A stretch of DNA of 59,628 bases, counting the filler, from Basidiobolus ranarum (lineage: Eukaryota), in assembly GCA_040143965.1 (NCBI GenBank). It is 12 parts of 12 records of this genome, joined end to end, with 100 filler letters (N's around TTAATTAATTAA, not from the genome) between each part and the next. Parts side by side here need not be neighbours in the genome. Positions count along the whole stretch, not along the records: positions 19,952 to 24,833 come from JASJQH010001797.1; positions 24,934 to 29,813 come from JASJQH010001798.1; positions 29,914 to 34,791 come from JASJQH010001799.1; positions 34,892 to 39,764 come from JASJQH010001800.1; 8 more parts are not named here. One strand, written 5' to 3'. A program made the translations under genes and the position numbers. Below are positions 23,536-36,299 of the stretch, piece by piece (positions within the stretch are counted from its first letter, which is position 1; each line of letters begins with the position of its first letter). Under the pieces are notes generated by a model. It had not been told where the DNA came from, did no database searches, and was given only the letters and a program-made list of their open reading frames with translations.

Positions 23536-24804
23536 ATGGTAACCGCCAAAATGGAATTACGCTCTACTGGGCCGCTGGAGAATTGTTCCGTTAGTCGTCA
23601 TTTGGAAGATTTCTATTTTGGTGTTACTTCATTTGTGAAACTCTCTTCGCCAGCTTCTAAAATGACTCGAAGTTTGCTATATGGAAGATTGGAAGAAGCG
23701 GTAAAAGTGGCTTTCTGGTCTAATTTTAACTTTAGAACTACTATAGACTTCTCCTCTGGTAAATTCCTATTCCTGTCCCCCGGTGGAACTCAAATTGATG
23801 TCACTTGGTATGAGAGAAGAGAAGAAAATGCTGTTGACAAAGCGGTGGAAGCTGAAGTAAATAAAAAGTTTCCAGATGACCGGCCACTCTGGAGAGTTTG
23901 GGTAGTTGCCTCTGATGTCGAATTTGAAACATTTGAAATTGGAGTTACTGTACATCACGCATTTGCTGATGGTCTCTCAAGCGCTACTCTTTTGAAAACT
24001 TTTATACGCGCCTTCCTAGCCTCTGAGAAGGAGGGAATATCTCTTTCTGAGAGCACGGTTATCATCGGATATGATCCACTCACGGATACCAAAGTAAATG
24101 AGCTATCACACTCGATCCAGGCGATTCTTCCAAACTCCAAACCACCCGTAGGAGTGCTTTTGAAGGAAAGAGACACTGAAACTCCTCTACACAAGTCTCT
24201 TTCTCCTCAAGACATGTATTGGAGTGGAACGAGAGATTTAGACCTGGAAGCCATTCGAAGGATATCTGCGAAGCCTAAACAATACCCTACGAAGATCAAA
24301 TCTTTCTCCATTTCGCTTGACTCTCTGTCACAAAAGTGTAAACTATATGGAACAACTATTCATGGGGCCCTCTCAACTGCAGCTATATTTGCTACCCATG
24401 TACTCAAACCAACACAACCTTTAAAGTTCGCCACACCTATTAACCTTCGACCACACTGTGATCCGCCCTTGCCAAACGATAGTATTGGCGTGTATGTGTC
24501 CGAAATCTCCACCATCCATGCGCTACCTGAAGAAAAGTTGTATTTGGAAGAGTTTTGGCCTACTGCTATAAAATTTAAGGAGCAACTCAAGAGTTCCCTG
24601 GAGCCAGCCATACATGCTATTCGGTTAATGGAATATGTTGCAGACTCTCGGTTATTATTACATACGGAAAGGGAAGCCCTAGTTCATGTAAACGGACGCA
24701 GAGGCAGCCTGGAAATATCCAACTTGGGAAAGCAGGATTGGACGGATATACCAAAGACGCCATTTGAAATAGAGGAACTTGGATTCGCCCAATCTACCAG
24801 TTAA
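23536..24804 (+). CDS. CoA-dependent alcohol acyltransferase-like protein (ATF1/SLI1/condensation-like), probably prematurely terminated
   Basis: LRSTGPLE N-terminus, RPLWRV, catalytic VHHAFADG, TPINLRP, EISNLG, FAQS motifs; frame continues SGPVFTISV after TAA. Confidence 0.8.
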   Translation: MVTAKMELRSTGPLENCSVSRHLEDFYFGVTSFVKLSSPASKMTRSLLYGRLEEAVKVAFWSNFNFRTTIDFSSGKFLFLSPGGTQIDVTWYERREENAVDKAVEAEVNKKFPDDRPLWRVWVVASDVEFETFEIGVTVHHAFADGLSSATLLKTFIRAFLASEKEGISLSESTVIIGYDPLTDTKVNELSHSIQAILPNSKPPVGVLLKERDTETPLHKSLSPQDMYWSGTRDLDLEAIRRISAKPKQYPTKIKSFSISLDSLSQKCKLYGTTIHGALSTAAIFATHVLKPTQPLKFATPINLRPHCDPPLPNDSIGVYVSEISTIHALPEEKLYLEEFWPTAIKFKEQLKSSLEPAIHAIRLMEYVADSRLLLHTEREALVHVNGRRGSLEISNLGKQDWTDIPKTPFEIEELGFAQSTS

Positions 24805-24934
24805 TCAGGTCCAGTTTTTACCATTTCCGTGATNNNNNNNNNNNNNNNNNNNNNNNNNNNNNNNNNNNNNNNNNNNNTTAATTAATTAANNNNNNNNNNN
24901 NNNNNNNNNNNNNNNNNNNNNNNNNNNNNNNNNA

Positions 24935-24997
24935 GAGGCTCTTCGTCAAGATGCTCGAGAGAATATGCCAGGGGTGGCTTGTTGTATAGTCAATTAA
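24935..24997 (+). CDS. Possible 3' end of a gene with a CaaX-like terminus
   Basis: EALRQDARENMPGVACCIVN* open from the contig start; only 20 codons visible. Confidence 0.3.
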   Translation, partial: EALRQDARENMPGVACCIVN

Positions 24998-25438
24998 CAG
25001 TACTATTTGACAAATGAAATAGCAGCTCCCGAGACGAGTAGGCGGTGAGAGCCTGAAACAGTACTGATTACTATAGTATTATGCCGAGAGCTCTGGCTAA
25101 ATCTATATATTGTGGCAACATATCATTTTGCTAGCAACGGCTTGACATTAACAGACAGGAGCGACTGGTGGAAAAAGCGCGCAAGTATTAAATTTAATTA
25201 CCATTATGGTTATACGCCGTATATATATTATGTATGTCTTTGCTACCTCTCTATTTGGTAGAATGTGTAAGTATGCAAAGGCAGATGTATTAATTAGATA
25301 CAGAAGAATGCCTGCTTACTAGACTTATTGCCAAATAGGAGGTTTAGTGTCGAGTATATTTAGATTTGCGATATTCATTGACAATATTGATTATTTTTAA
25401 TAATATCATGAACAATTTCCCGAGAAAAGATACCATAC

Positions 25439-26801
25439 TCACGCATTGCTTACTTTTTCAACTGTACTGAAAAGTAGAGTCAGCATTTGTTCTTCGCGAT
25501 TCTCATAAAATCTTTGTATTTTACGGAAATATTCCTCGATGAATTCTTCCAATTGAGTTTCATTGCTAAAAACCTGACGTTTAGCTAAGCCTGCTTGAAT
25601 TTGAGGCCAAGTAAAAGCTTTCATTTGCGCGATACCATAATCTCCATGGCCAAACAAACATGGATGCGAATTAGGGGTACACTTAACCAGATTGAGAGTA
25701 GGCACCTCCTGAATGGCTCGCTCAATGTCTTCCCGTATTCGAGGGAACAGTGGGATGGTGGCGGCATCTAAAAGCATAATATCAATATTATTTTCCTCGA
25801 TATGCTGCTGCCATATGTCGTCGAAGTCTTTCAGACCCTCATATTGGCTAAGTACCGAGAACATCATGTGACCGCCATCTCGAAGTTCAATTGAGCGGCT
25901 CTGAAGGAAAGCAACTAACTCTCGATGGCTTTCTTCTTGAAGTTGATGCTTCTCTTGGGCAGTAATTTTGGAAGAAGCAAATGTTAGCGGACGATAGAGA
26001 GGTATGGGAATATCTTGAAGCCAGTGAGCGCAATTAAAAGCCACACCGATGTCCAAGTGGTTACTAGGAAGACACTGGCTGTAAAATGATTTTGCACTAA
26101 TCATAGTCAAGATTTGGTTATCGGGGTTGACCTTAAGAAGGGAATGATATTGATAAGTCAAATTCGGGTCATGTAGGCATTTGAAAACCTCTTCAAAGTC
26201 GTTGGAGGGAAGGTCATTGTGGTAGACCTGGACAGAGAGGGGAGTGGTATCTTTTCTCGTAGCCTGGATAGAATCCAGGATGGCATTGATGATAGTCATC
26301 GAGTTACCTCCATGACTACACCCAAAATCGCCAATTGTAAATGTAGTTGAAATATTCGGTGCCTGGCGTTGCACTACACGGGAAAAAGAGTTAGCAAAGT
26401 GGACTCGCAAGCTTGACTTTGTTTGGAAGATACGGGAAGAAATGTTAGCGAGCAATACTCTGACATGAAGGTGGCTGAATCATTTGAATTTAGTCTATAT
26501 AACTGGAACAAATGTGTACCTAATGCTTTCAATTCGTCGATTCCTAATTGATTAAATTGTGCTTGAATTTTGGAATTCGAATTATAGTCCTTCATCGGCT
26601 GAGTGGTACAATTTTGCGATTCTACAGAATTCCAAAAGGTAAGGATAAGTAACTATAAAAGAACTTGGGGATGATAGCTCTTGGTATGCCCATCAGCCCT
26701 TACCACGAGCTGACCTAAAGTTCTTGTTGAGTTTGTTAGATTTGCAAATTACCTTTTGGAAGAGTGTGGCGTACGCATGGTGACTGGATGTTTTGGCTCA
26801 T
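25439..26801 (-). CDS. SAM-dependent carboxyl methyltransferase (SABATH/Methyltransf_7)
   Basis: Predicted exons 26801-26753, 26621-26520, 26373-25439 join in frame; motifs YNSNSKIQ, IGDFGCSHGGNS, VYHNDLPSNDF, SFYSQCLP, CAHWL. First exon less certain. Confidence 0.88.
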
Positions 26802-27765
26802 GATGAATGAATACTGGTTAGCCAGGTGCTCTTGGCTATACTTATACATTTATTCTCAGCTGTATGCACCCAGGGAATACTACAGTTCGTAGACTTTCAG
26901 CTCTCTAGCGAATACTCCTATTTAGGCTGTGGTTAGCTGTGACAGATGATTACAAACTATAGATAGTGTTTCATCTAAGTCAACACGTAATAATGCGCCT
27001 CCGTTTGTATGGCGTGAGCTCCTGTCTATGTTAAAAGGAGGACATTAGTCTACTCAGCTCTTCTTAAACAGAGACGCTTCAGATATATGGTCTGCACGAT
27101 TATAATAACAAATGAATATATACTGCTTATACATAGTGGCATTCTTCCCCAAGATCCCATTAGATAATAATGCAATTACTAAAGACATGTCTGTAGATGG
27201 AACATTTCATCTCGATTGGATTCAAAGCTGCATATCATGATATCCATAATCCTCATTCAATTTGTTCCAAATTTTTACATCTCCGTTGTGCGGGCTTTTT
27301 AGTTGCTCTAATGTATTAAATAGTAAACGTAAAAGTATATGGATTCGAAATAGCTATCCTTTATTGTAGAGACTGGCATATTCACAACAATCCAGCAAGT
27401 AGCCGCTACTATTGATGATAACTCCTCACTCTCTACGTTGTAAGCCTGTGACTTTCCCTCCCAGTATGCATTTGGGGTTTTTCCTACCCAATAGGTCCTG
27501 AAGTAATATCTGAGTCAAATTGGCTTATTAATCATTGATCCCCTCTATTGATAAACATTCTATAATCGGTGGGCCATATGTCAGATGTTTAACTGCTCCT
27601 GGACCAATGTCCCAGAAGTAGGAACCAGTTATTTTGGCACATAGGAAGTTTCACTACACCCGTACGATTGATCTACCTAGTGCTAAAGATACCCCTTCAT
27701 CAGAATGCTTTTGTAAATCAAGGAACGGGTAAGAATTGAATAAGATAGCAGCAGCATGAAGCATA

Positions 27766-28051
27766 TGTTTAAGCTTCGATCTGTAGCAGATGATAAATGA
27801 TAGCCCTTAGTTTAATTTCTCTAGAAGCAGAGTTATCTCGATTTCTATGTTAGTACGATGATCAAATACAGGATGTTCCGGTTTAACATCACTGTGATAG
27901 CTACTAAGAAGTTGTTCGATCAATAAACAATTAAACTTGATGCTGATTTATGGGGCAGGTAGTTGAAATCTAATAGTACCTGTCTAGAGTTGTGAAGGTC
28001 CCAGATTCAGCTCCTGGTCAGGCCAACATATCTTCACAATTACTTTCAGCA
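27766..28051 (+). mobile_element. Diverged relative of the tRNA-carrying LTR
   Basis: tRNA-like 27953-28025 is also 73 nt with CTAGAG at positions 32-37 and AGGTCCCAGATTCAGCTCCTGG; ends TTTCAGCA 26 nt downstream; left end tentative, no TSD seen. Confidence 0.5.
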
Positions 28052-28537
28052 CCCATAACATCTCAGAAGTCAACACAAGTTACCAGCATTAAATATTGCT
28101 ATCATTTATCAAGGTAGCATATCGCCTCTTTGGTGAGAGCTATTTATAGGATGCAATGACCTTGTTGAACATATGGATGTGATTTGGTAGTCAGATATTT
28201 TGCTTTATTTGTGATACTTGTGGCTACTATTTGTATAGCATGTTTGGTATGTTGAATATTTATTTCTTGAATAATTCACAAATTGAATTCATGCCATATC
28301 CAAGCACTTATAACTGATTCACGTTTTTTTCAAGAATTTCTTAAGATGAAAACTCTGCATTCACGGTGTGGTTCAACCTCATATATAACATGTAGCCCAA
28401 TCCAAGCACAAATCGTAGTCTCTGAGATTGTGAAAGTGACTCCACTACTTTGTGCGACACTATTTATAGTTATATATGTATCAGTTAAGAGAAAATATTT
28501 GGTATTTCCATGTGAGCCAGGATGTTTATGTAAATTT

Positions 28538-28862
28538 TGTTGGAATTAGCATCGCCTAAACACCTATATATAGTCATAAATAGCTTAGTATTTAGTTGTC
28601 ATATATTGACCTAAGATTTACCCATTATTCTCATGAGGAATTTACTTAGAATATTTTTACCAACTTAGAAGTTCTCAGATATATAGATTTTTTAAAGAAG
28701 CCCCAAACTTTGCACAGATGTTCCTGGGACCTTCCTTAACACATTCTACACGTTAGTTTATTTACATCTTGACAAAACTATAAATGTCAACTCAATAAGT
28801 GAAAACCGCCAATTCCTCTGATTCTCCAAACCACTTCCAACAGGCTCCCAAACACTTTAATA
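28538..28862 (+). mobile_element. Family C3 solo LTR
   Basis: Near-full-length match to 43574-43921. Confidence 0.85.
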
Positions 28863-29194
28863 ATTCTACCTTTCCTCATTATATCGAATCTGTGAAGTTA
28901 TCACAAATATTTCTTTAATTAAACCCTATTTTAATGGCTATAGTTGCAATAACTAGTGAAACAGAACAAGTCTTCTACTGCGGCATTATGGAACACAGTG
29001 ATATTTGCTTAAACATGACGTAGAGGAAAAGAATTTTGGTTCAAGAAGTTACTTCTGGAGTTATGCTGAGCATATAAATTGATGATAAACATCAAGGTCC
29101 TTATTTCTGTGTAGAATGTAATAGGATGAGTATATGGAAACTTACTATATTACTATATTAAAACTCTGTTGGCATGTTAGACACACATTTATCA

Positions 29195-29760
29195 GTTTAG
29201 AGTGGCATAGCTTAAGCATCTATATAGTCATACAGTTAGCTACCTAAATCTCACTAGTTATTATTCAATATTTTGAGACTAACTTGGAGGTTCAAGGATT
29301 ATATCATTTTCTCAACTTGTCCAAGAGACCCCAAGCTTAGTACACATGTTTTTGGGATCTTCCTGAACATATTCTACACATTGGTCTATCTACTTCCAAT
29401 AAACTCACTAAATACTTCAATAATATCCAATATATATAAATACTTGCTTTTGCTTGAAGAAAACAATGTGTGCAAACCACATTAAGCTTTCCATGTATCT
29501 AAATACTTGTAGCAGCAACCACTAATAATAGGCTCATATCATATACATTTACCAAGGGAAACATCTTGGTAAACATACTGTTACTTGATGAGATTCCCTT
29601 TATTCTAGATCTAGTGGAATATCCAAGAAAGTTTGAACTGCCTTTTTCAAAGCAATATGTGACCCACTGTTGGTGGATCTTGACATAATGGGGGTAGACT
29701 TGGAGTATTAGAAGCAACTTATGATAGTGTGCTTTAGTTACTTTATTCTTAAGAGTATAT
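29195..29760. mobile_element. Degenerate C3-like LTR (+) and Copia RNase H-end remnant (-)
   Basis: CTATATAGTCAT...AACTTGGAGGTTC similarity to C3; weak HYVKIH...MFTKMF motif. Confidence 0.45.
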
Positions 29761-29913
29761 GGTGACTTATATAGTAGAAAAGTAAATCAATTGTTTGAGA
29801 TATTCAGGAGTTTNNNNNNNNNNNNNNNNNNNNNNNNNNNNNNNNNNNNNNNNNNNNTTAATTAATTAANNNNNNNNNNNNNNNNNNNNNNNNNNNNNNN
29901 NNNNNNNNNNNNN

Positions 29914-31916
29914 ATTAGAGCAATAAACACACGTTTTTGAATGACAGAATTAAGTACTAAATAATCTGAATATGAATAAACTAACTACTAAATAATGAGT
30001 TGCTATTTACCTAATTTCAACAGTTATGTCATCGATAAAGGTCATGAAGTAGATTTTTCCACCAAGTGAGAGGTTTTTCATGGGCCACATAGGTCAGAAT
30101 GAATTGGAGCAAAATTATGAGTGTATTTGCTTTCTCTGGAGCTTGAAAATGGCTGTTCATGATGTTTTCCATATATGCAGTCTTCAAGCAGTTCCAATTT
30201 AGTGATTTTATCAATTTCTAGGCCTGATACATGCTAATTTTGGATCATTTAGGTCTGTTTTTGTTTTCCAATGTGGACATATATTTTATGCCACACTTGG
30301 CAGCTTATTTCCCCAGTTTTGGCCAAGTTTGCATGCTCAGAACATATTTGTTCATTTATAGCTTGGATAAGTTTTGAGTTTTGATCTTGGTTGCTAATTT
30401 GGAAGTATTCTGATCTTTGACAGTGCATTCTACCTTGCTGATTACATAACTTAGTCCTTAAGTTGTTGCTTGGCTTACTGAGAGTGGATCTGTGGCTATA
30501 TTTGACACATAGAGTACATTGTCTAATTGTGCTGATGTTATAACTGAGTTTTGGTCCAAGTTGAGCACAACTGTGACCCAGCCAACTGCATCTAGTATGT
30601 AGTCATCACCTAAGTAGACTTCTCTTGTTTGGATGGGTTTTAAGCTGGAAAACCAATCTTTCTTTTTTGTCATATGCTGGGAAGCTCCTGAATTAATGTA
30701 CCACATATATGAGTCTTCTTTAGTGGTTACTGATAGGGCAGACATGAATAGAAGATTACCATCAATGCTTACTTGATATGCTTGCTCCAATTTTAGCTTT
30801 TTAGTCAAAACTATATTTCTACAAACTTTGATTAAATGGCCTGGTTTTTTGCAATAATTGCAGCTAATTAATTTCCTATTAGGGACATCATTAGTGAAGC
30901 CTGTTGGACCTTTTACAGCTCCAAAAAATGCCAGTTCTGCATAATTCTGCTGAGAATTAGGGCTTCTTAATTCCTCATTCAAAAGCCTAGTATCATCATA
31001 TTCCTTTGTTACTGGCTCTGATCTTGATTCTAGGGCAACTATGAGGTTCCCAAACCTCTCTGGCCAGCTCCCAAGTAGTGTCATAACTAAGTCATATTCA
31101 CTTAGAGGTGACTCAATGCATGAGAGTTGAGCTGCCATAGTTTTTATTGAATTCCTATGACTAAGCAAAGAATCATCAGAATACATCTGAGTTGAGGATA
31201 ACTTTTACCTAAGATATAACTAATTAGCCAGACTTTCAGTCCCACATAGTCCCTCAGGTGTTTCCCAAGCATTTTGGATGTATTTGGCTGATTGTATGTG
31301 CCTCAATTGAGATTCTCTGAGATGTGGACAAAGTGTACATAGAGCTTTACTCTGCTTCCTGTGAAAGGCAGGGATAGCTTCTGGTGGTCCCTTTGGCTCT
31401 ATGCTTCTCCTGTAACAAATCCCTACAGGTACATGTCTTCTAGCACCATTTGCATCTTGAACTTCCAAAGGTGAAAGTAATCACAATCAAACCTCTCCAT
31501 AGACGCAAAAATGCTGATAATAGTACTGGTAGACATCTCTTCAACAGCTAGCTTGGGGCTCATAACCTGCTAAAAGTGTTCAAGGGATTTGGAACTGTTT
31601 TGGAAAAGATTTGGATTTGTGAAATAGACCCTCAAGTTTTATTGAATTTAATATGTCCCATTTATAGTTTGCTCCAAAATAGGATGATTGGACATGCTTA
31701 CATCATCACAAACATATCTGTTAAGCATGGGTGAAAATTTGATATGATTTGGAGAAGATGTGAGAAAGTAGTGGAAGTTGGTAAAATGATCTATTTCATA
31801 TTTCAATCAATTTGAGCAAGAAACACATGTTTTGAATGACAGAATTCAGGACTAAATAATCAGAATATGAATAAACTAACCATCAAATAATGAATTGTTA
31901 TTTACTAATTACAACA
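29914..31916 (-). mobile_element. Ty1/Copia family C2, decayed (LTR 31568-31916, PBS, gag, protease, partial integrase, LTR piece 29914-30022)
   Basis: CNYCKKPGHLIKVC knuckle, WYINSGASQHM protease, GGTTATGAGCCC PBS. Confidence 0.9.
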
Positions 31917-31959
31917 AGCCAAATATTGGTAATTTAACTTTTGATAAAGTAACTTTGAT

Positions 31960-34112
31960 CTAGCCATCTCCTCTATAGTCCTATTAGCACATTCTGCAAC
32001 TACATTTTGCTGTGGAGTATAAAGAACAGTAGTTTGTTACTGAATTCCATGTTTAGAACAAACACTAGTTGAGTCTTTAAAGCAGTATTCTCCACCATTT
32101 TAACTCCTTAGTATCCTTATTTTTTGAGCTGATTCTTTCTCTACCATTGCCATTTAGTGCTGGAATGTAGCTAAGGATTTAGGTGTTGATTTGAGAAAGA
32201 ATACCTAGGTATATCTTGTTTTGTCATCAATAAAGGTCATGAAGTACCTTTTTCCACCTAGTGGGACATTTTCCATGGGCCCATACAGGTCAAAATAAAT
32301 CATGGTAAATTTATGAGTTAATTGGATCTCTCCATAGCTTGAAAAAAACTGCTTATGCAATTTTCCATGTTTACAACCTTCACACAACTCCAATTTAGTA
32401 ATATTTGCACTTCTAAACCAGCAACAAGCTGATATTGATCATTTCGATCAGTTTTAGTTCCCAAATGTGGCCTAATCTTCTCTGCTACATTTGATGCTTA
32501 GTTAGCTAGTTTTGGCCAAGTTTGCATATCAGAATCCAATTTGTTGATTTCTAGCTTGTATAAGTTTTAAGTTTTGATCCCAGTAACTAATTTAGTACTA
32601 AGCTGATCTATGAAATTTCATCCAGACTTGCTGAGCACATAACTTTGTACTTGGGCAGTTTCTTGGCTTACTAAGAGTAGATTCATGGCTATATTTGGTA
32701 CATACAGTATATCATCCAATTTTGCAGATGGTGTAGCTAAATTTTGGTTCAAATAGAGTACAACTGTGCCCTTACCAACTGCATCTAGTGCATAGTCATC
32801 ACCTAAGTAGAATATTGCTGTTTTGGATTGGTTTTAAGCTGGGAAACCAATCTTTCTTGTTTGACATATGCTGCAAAGTTCCTGAATCCATGTACCATGT
32901 TTCTGAGTACTCTTAAGTGGTTACTGACAGGGCAAACATAAATATATTATCCCTGTCAGTGCTTACTTGATTTGCTTGTTTGAAATTTAGCTTTTTGGCA
33001 GAAATCCTTTCCTGGCAATCTTCAATAACATGTCCAGGTTTCTTGCAATACTTGAAGATAAATGAATTGCTACTATGGGGAACCATTATTGGAGCATGTT
33101 GGGCCTTTTACAGCTCCAAAAAATGCCTGTTCTGCATTGTTTTGCTGAGAATTAGGGCCCTGAAATTCCTCATTCAAAAGCCTAGCACCAACATACTTGA
33201 TTGTTGTTGGCTCTGATATTGATTCTAGGGCAATTAAGAGGTTTTCAAACCAGCCTGACTGGCTCCCAAGTAGTGTCAAGACTAAGTCATCTTCATTTAG
33301 AGGTACTCCAATGGATGAGAGCTGATCTGCCATAGTCTTTATCTGGTTTATATGACTAAGCCTAAAGTCATCAGTATTCATCTGAATTAAGAATATATTC
33401 ACCTAACATGTAGCTTATCAATGTAACTTTCATTCTCATATAGCCCCTCAAGTGTTTCCCAGGCATTTTGGAGGTTATGAGCCCATTGTATGTGTCTCAA
33501 TTGAGAGTCTCTTTGTTGTTGACAGAGTGTAAAGAGAGCTCGCCTCTGCTTCTTGTGAAAGGCAAGGATAGCTTCTGGTGGTCCCTTTTGCTCTATTTCT
33601 TCTTCTGTAACTAATCCCTAAAGGTACATGTCATCTAGCACTATTTGCATCTTGAACCTATAAAGGTGAAAGTCTTAACAATCAAATCTCTCTGCGGATG
33701 CAAAAACATTGGTAATATTACTGGTAGACATACCTTTAACAGCCAGCTTAGGGCTTATGATGGGATAAAAGTGTTGAGGGGACTTGAAAGTGTTTTAGAC
33801 AAGATTCGGATTTGTGAATTATTCACTTAGGAATTTTTGAATTCAATATATATCCTATTTACTGTTTACTATGATATGGAATTATTGTATTTGCTTAGAT
33901 CTTAACAAACATGCCAGTCAAGCATGGTTGAAAATTTGTGGTGATTAGGAGGAGTTTTGAGAAAATAGTGAAATTGGTAAAAGTGATCTAATTGATATTT
34001 CTATTAATTAGAGCAATAAGCACATGTTTTTGAATGGCAGAACTGGGTGCTAAATAATCAGAATATGAGTTAATTAACTACTAAATAATGAGCTGCTATT
34101 TACATAATTTGA
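31960..34112 (-). mobile_element. Second Copia family C2 copy, decayed (LTR ~33763-34112, gag, protease, integrase)
   Basis: Paralogous gag (QLSSIGVPLNEDDLVLTLLGS); integrase CEGCKHGKLH...DLYGPMENVPLGGKRYFMTFIDDKTRYT. Confidence 0.9.
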
Positions 34113-34114
34113 CT

Positions 34115-34600
34115 CGTACTTGGGATCATATAGCAATTTATACAGCTTAGAGACCATGTCTGGGTTTCTTAGATCAATAGATCCATCTGGTTGCTCTTTA
34201 TAGATCTCTTCTTCTAAATCTCCATTCAATGTATATCAAGGTTATGGTTGGCTGAGGGTGTCAGTATTCAACCAATGAAACTAAATATAGCCACAGGAGC
34301 AAAAGTCTCATCACAACCTGTTAATATTATGTATACAGCCTCTCATTATCTATTAGTCAGCTTATTCATATTCTGAATATTTAGTACTCTGTTGTGACAC
34401 TCAAAAACATGTGTTTATTGCTCTAATTAATCAAAATAGCAATTAGACCACTTGTACCAATTTTCACCATTTTCTCACAGATTCTCCAATCCACTAGTAT
34501 TTTCACCCATGCTGCACAGGCATGTTTATTATGATCTACATACACCCAATAGTCTTATTTGATAGTACAATATCAATAGGATAGGGTCAATTCAATAAAA
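34115..34600. mobile_element. Copia RT fragment (-, to ~34320) and C2 LTR (+, ~34345-34600)
   Basis: ETFAPVA...NGDLEEEIYKEQPDG motif; LTR similarity to 4330-4590. Confidence 0.7.
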
Positions 34601-34611
34601 CTTTAGTATTT

Positions 34612-34791
34612 AATAGACTTGTTTCATTGGACCAGGTCAGATCGTGCTGCTTGATCCAGTCTGCTAGTACACCATCTGGCGCAATCTGTCAATTACCATG
34701 GCTGGGTCCTGTAACACTCGATCAGACACTATAAGGAACAAGATGGCACTATCCCACCACAATCGGACATGATGATTTTTTTGGAGATATT
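34612..34791 (-). repeat. Family A repeat, second copy
   Basis: Reverse complement of 147-325. Confidence 0.75.
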
Positions 34792-34893
34792 NNNNNNNNN
34801 NNNNNNNNNNNNNNNNNNNNNNNNNNNNNNNNNNNTTAATTAATTAANNNNNNNNNNNNNNNNNNNNNNNNNNNNNNNNNNNNNNNNNNNNCC

Positions 34894-35648
34894 AGCTTTA
34901 TCATTAAGGACTCAATCGAATTTGCCTCTAAAGTACTTCCCCAATATTACGAGACTAGTAAATTAGCCTCATTCACTCGTCAACTCAATGTAAATCTTTG
35001 AAAATAGAAACATTCAACCATATATTATTAATCAATTCTCTCGAATAGATCTACGGATTTGAAAGAGTTTCTGACCGGCGAAGAACAAAGCAGAGTGCTG
35101 CTACATCATCGATAGTCTATTCACATCAGCATTTCAAGCGAGATCAACCAAACTCTCTTCATCTTATTCAGCGCATATCGGGTCCATACCCCAAAGTGAG
35201 AAACCAAGCCGAAATTCTAGCGGAAAATAAAGATATCAGGCCGAAATTACTGCCTTCATCTCTCTCATCAGTATTATCCTCCACTCCACGCGCCAATTTA
35301 CACTCCATATCTCAAGAAGAATGTCAATCAGTATGCACCAAAGATATAGCAGTGGACTGTCCGAGTTGTATGGCTCTTAAATGCGAAGTAGAAGCTTTGA
35401 GAAAGACGATTGAGTATTACAGGTCCTTAGTAGAGAATTCCATAAATTATATTGAAATTCTCACAAATGGCCAAGAAGCTTGTACCGTCGATATATCACA
35501 GTCTTTAATCCCCTCTTTCACCGTGCCTGTCTCGTTAGAAGATGGCTTACTTAGCTTATGGGCCAACTCTGATCCCAATGTATACTCGTATATCTACCCA
35601 TATCCTTCATCTATAGACGATACTCAATGTTTTCCTAGAGTTTCCTAG
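34894..35648 (+). CDS. HSF-type DNA-binding transcription factor, 5'-truncated
   Basis: SFII...FASKVLPQYYETSKLASFTRQLN / intron 34990-35048 / IYGFERV...YSHQHFKRDQPNSLHLIQR, then a short coiled-coil segment. Confidence 0.9.
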
Positions 35649-36299
35649 AAATAGCAGTAATTGGTAGATATTATTGCAAAGTATACTTAGCACCCTATCG
35701 CACCAATTTATTACAGAAAAGCCGAGTCACTATTGATGAAGCGGTTCTGGGAAAATTGGCTTCAATATATTTGTTAGACACTATGAGAATAAACCAATTT
35801 GTTTCCAGAACTAGATATCATTGTGGATTGTGTTTGTAACAGTCATAATTGAGTACTTGTCCTGATACTCGTTTTTATAGCTATTTACTCGCATTATATG
35901 AGATAAACTATAAGGGAATTAATCATTTTGTTTTCACCATTCTTAAATTCGGTTAACTTCCTGTGCTTTCATTCATATCAACATCTCCATTTATTGAAAT
36001 CTTTTGAATGATTTCCTTTGTTACATCGATTCCCTAAGAGTGATGGCTATTACCAACATTGAATTCACCATTAACATTTAAGTGTTCTAGATTCAAATAC
36101 AAAGTTGTACCTATATAGAATAAGTGTTAGCTTTATACCTTATGCCTTTTGGATATTGTAGATTACCTTTCATCTTCAAAGTAGTATGAAAGATTTTGAA
36201 ATTCTGGAAAAGTTAAAAAGGTATGAACAAGTAGATAGAGTAATACTATTCACCACTAGCAGTATCAAAGTCACATTGACCACCTAATCATTACAGAGC

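Noticed and set aside
23536-26801. Apparent ester/volatile cluster (acyltransferase next to SABATH methyltransferase)
   Set aside because: The genes are on different contigs separated by an artificial linker.
27380-27760. Weak AlkB-like N.Y...H.D pattern on the minus strand
   Set aside because: Too short and interrupted to support.
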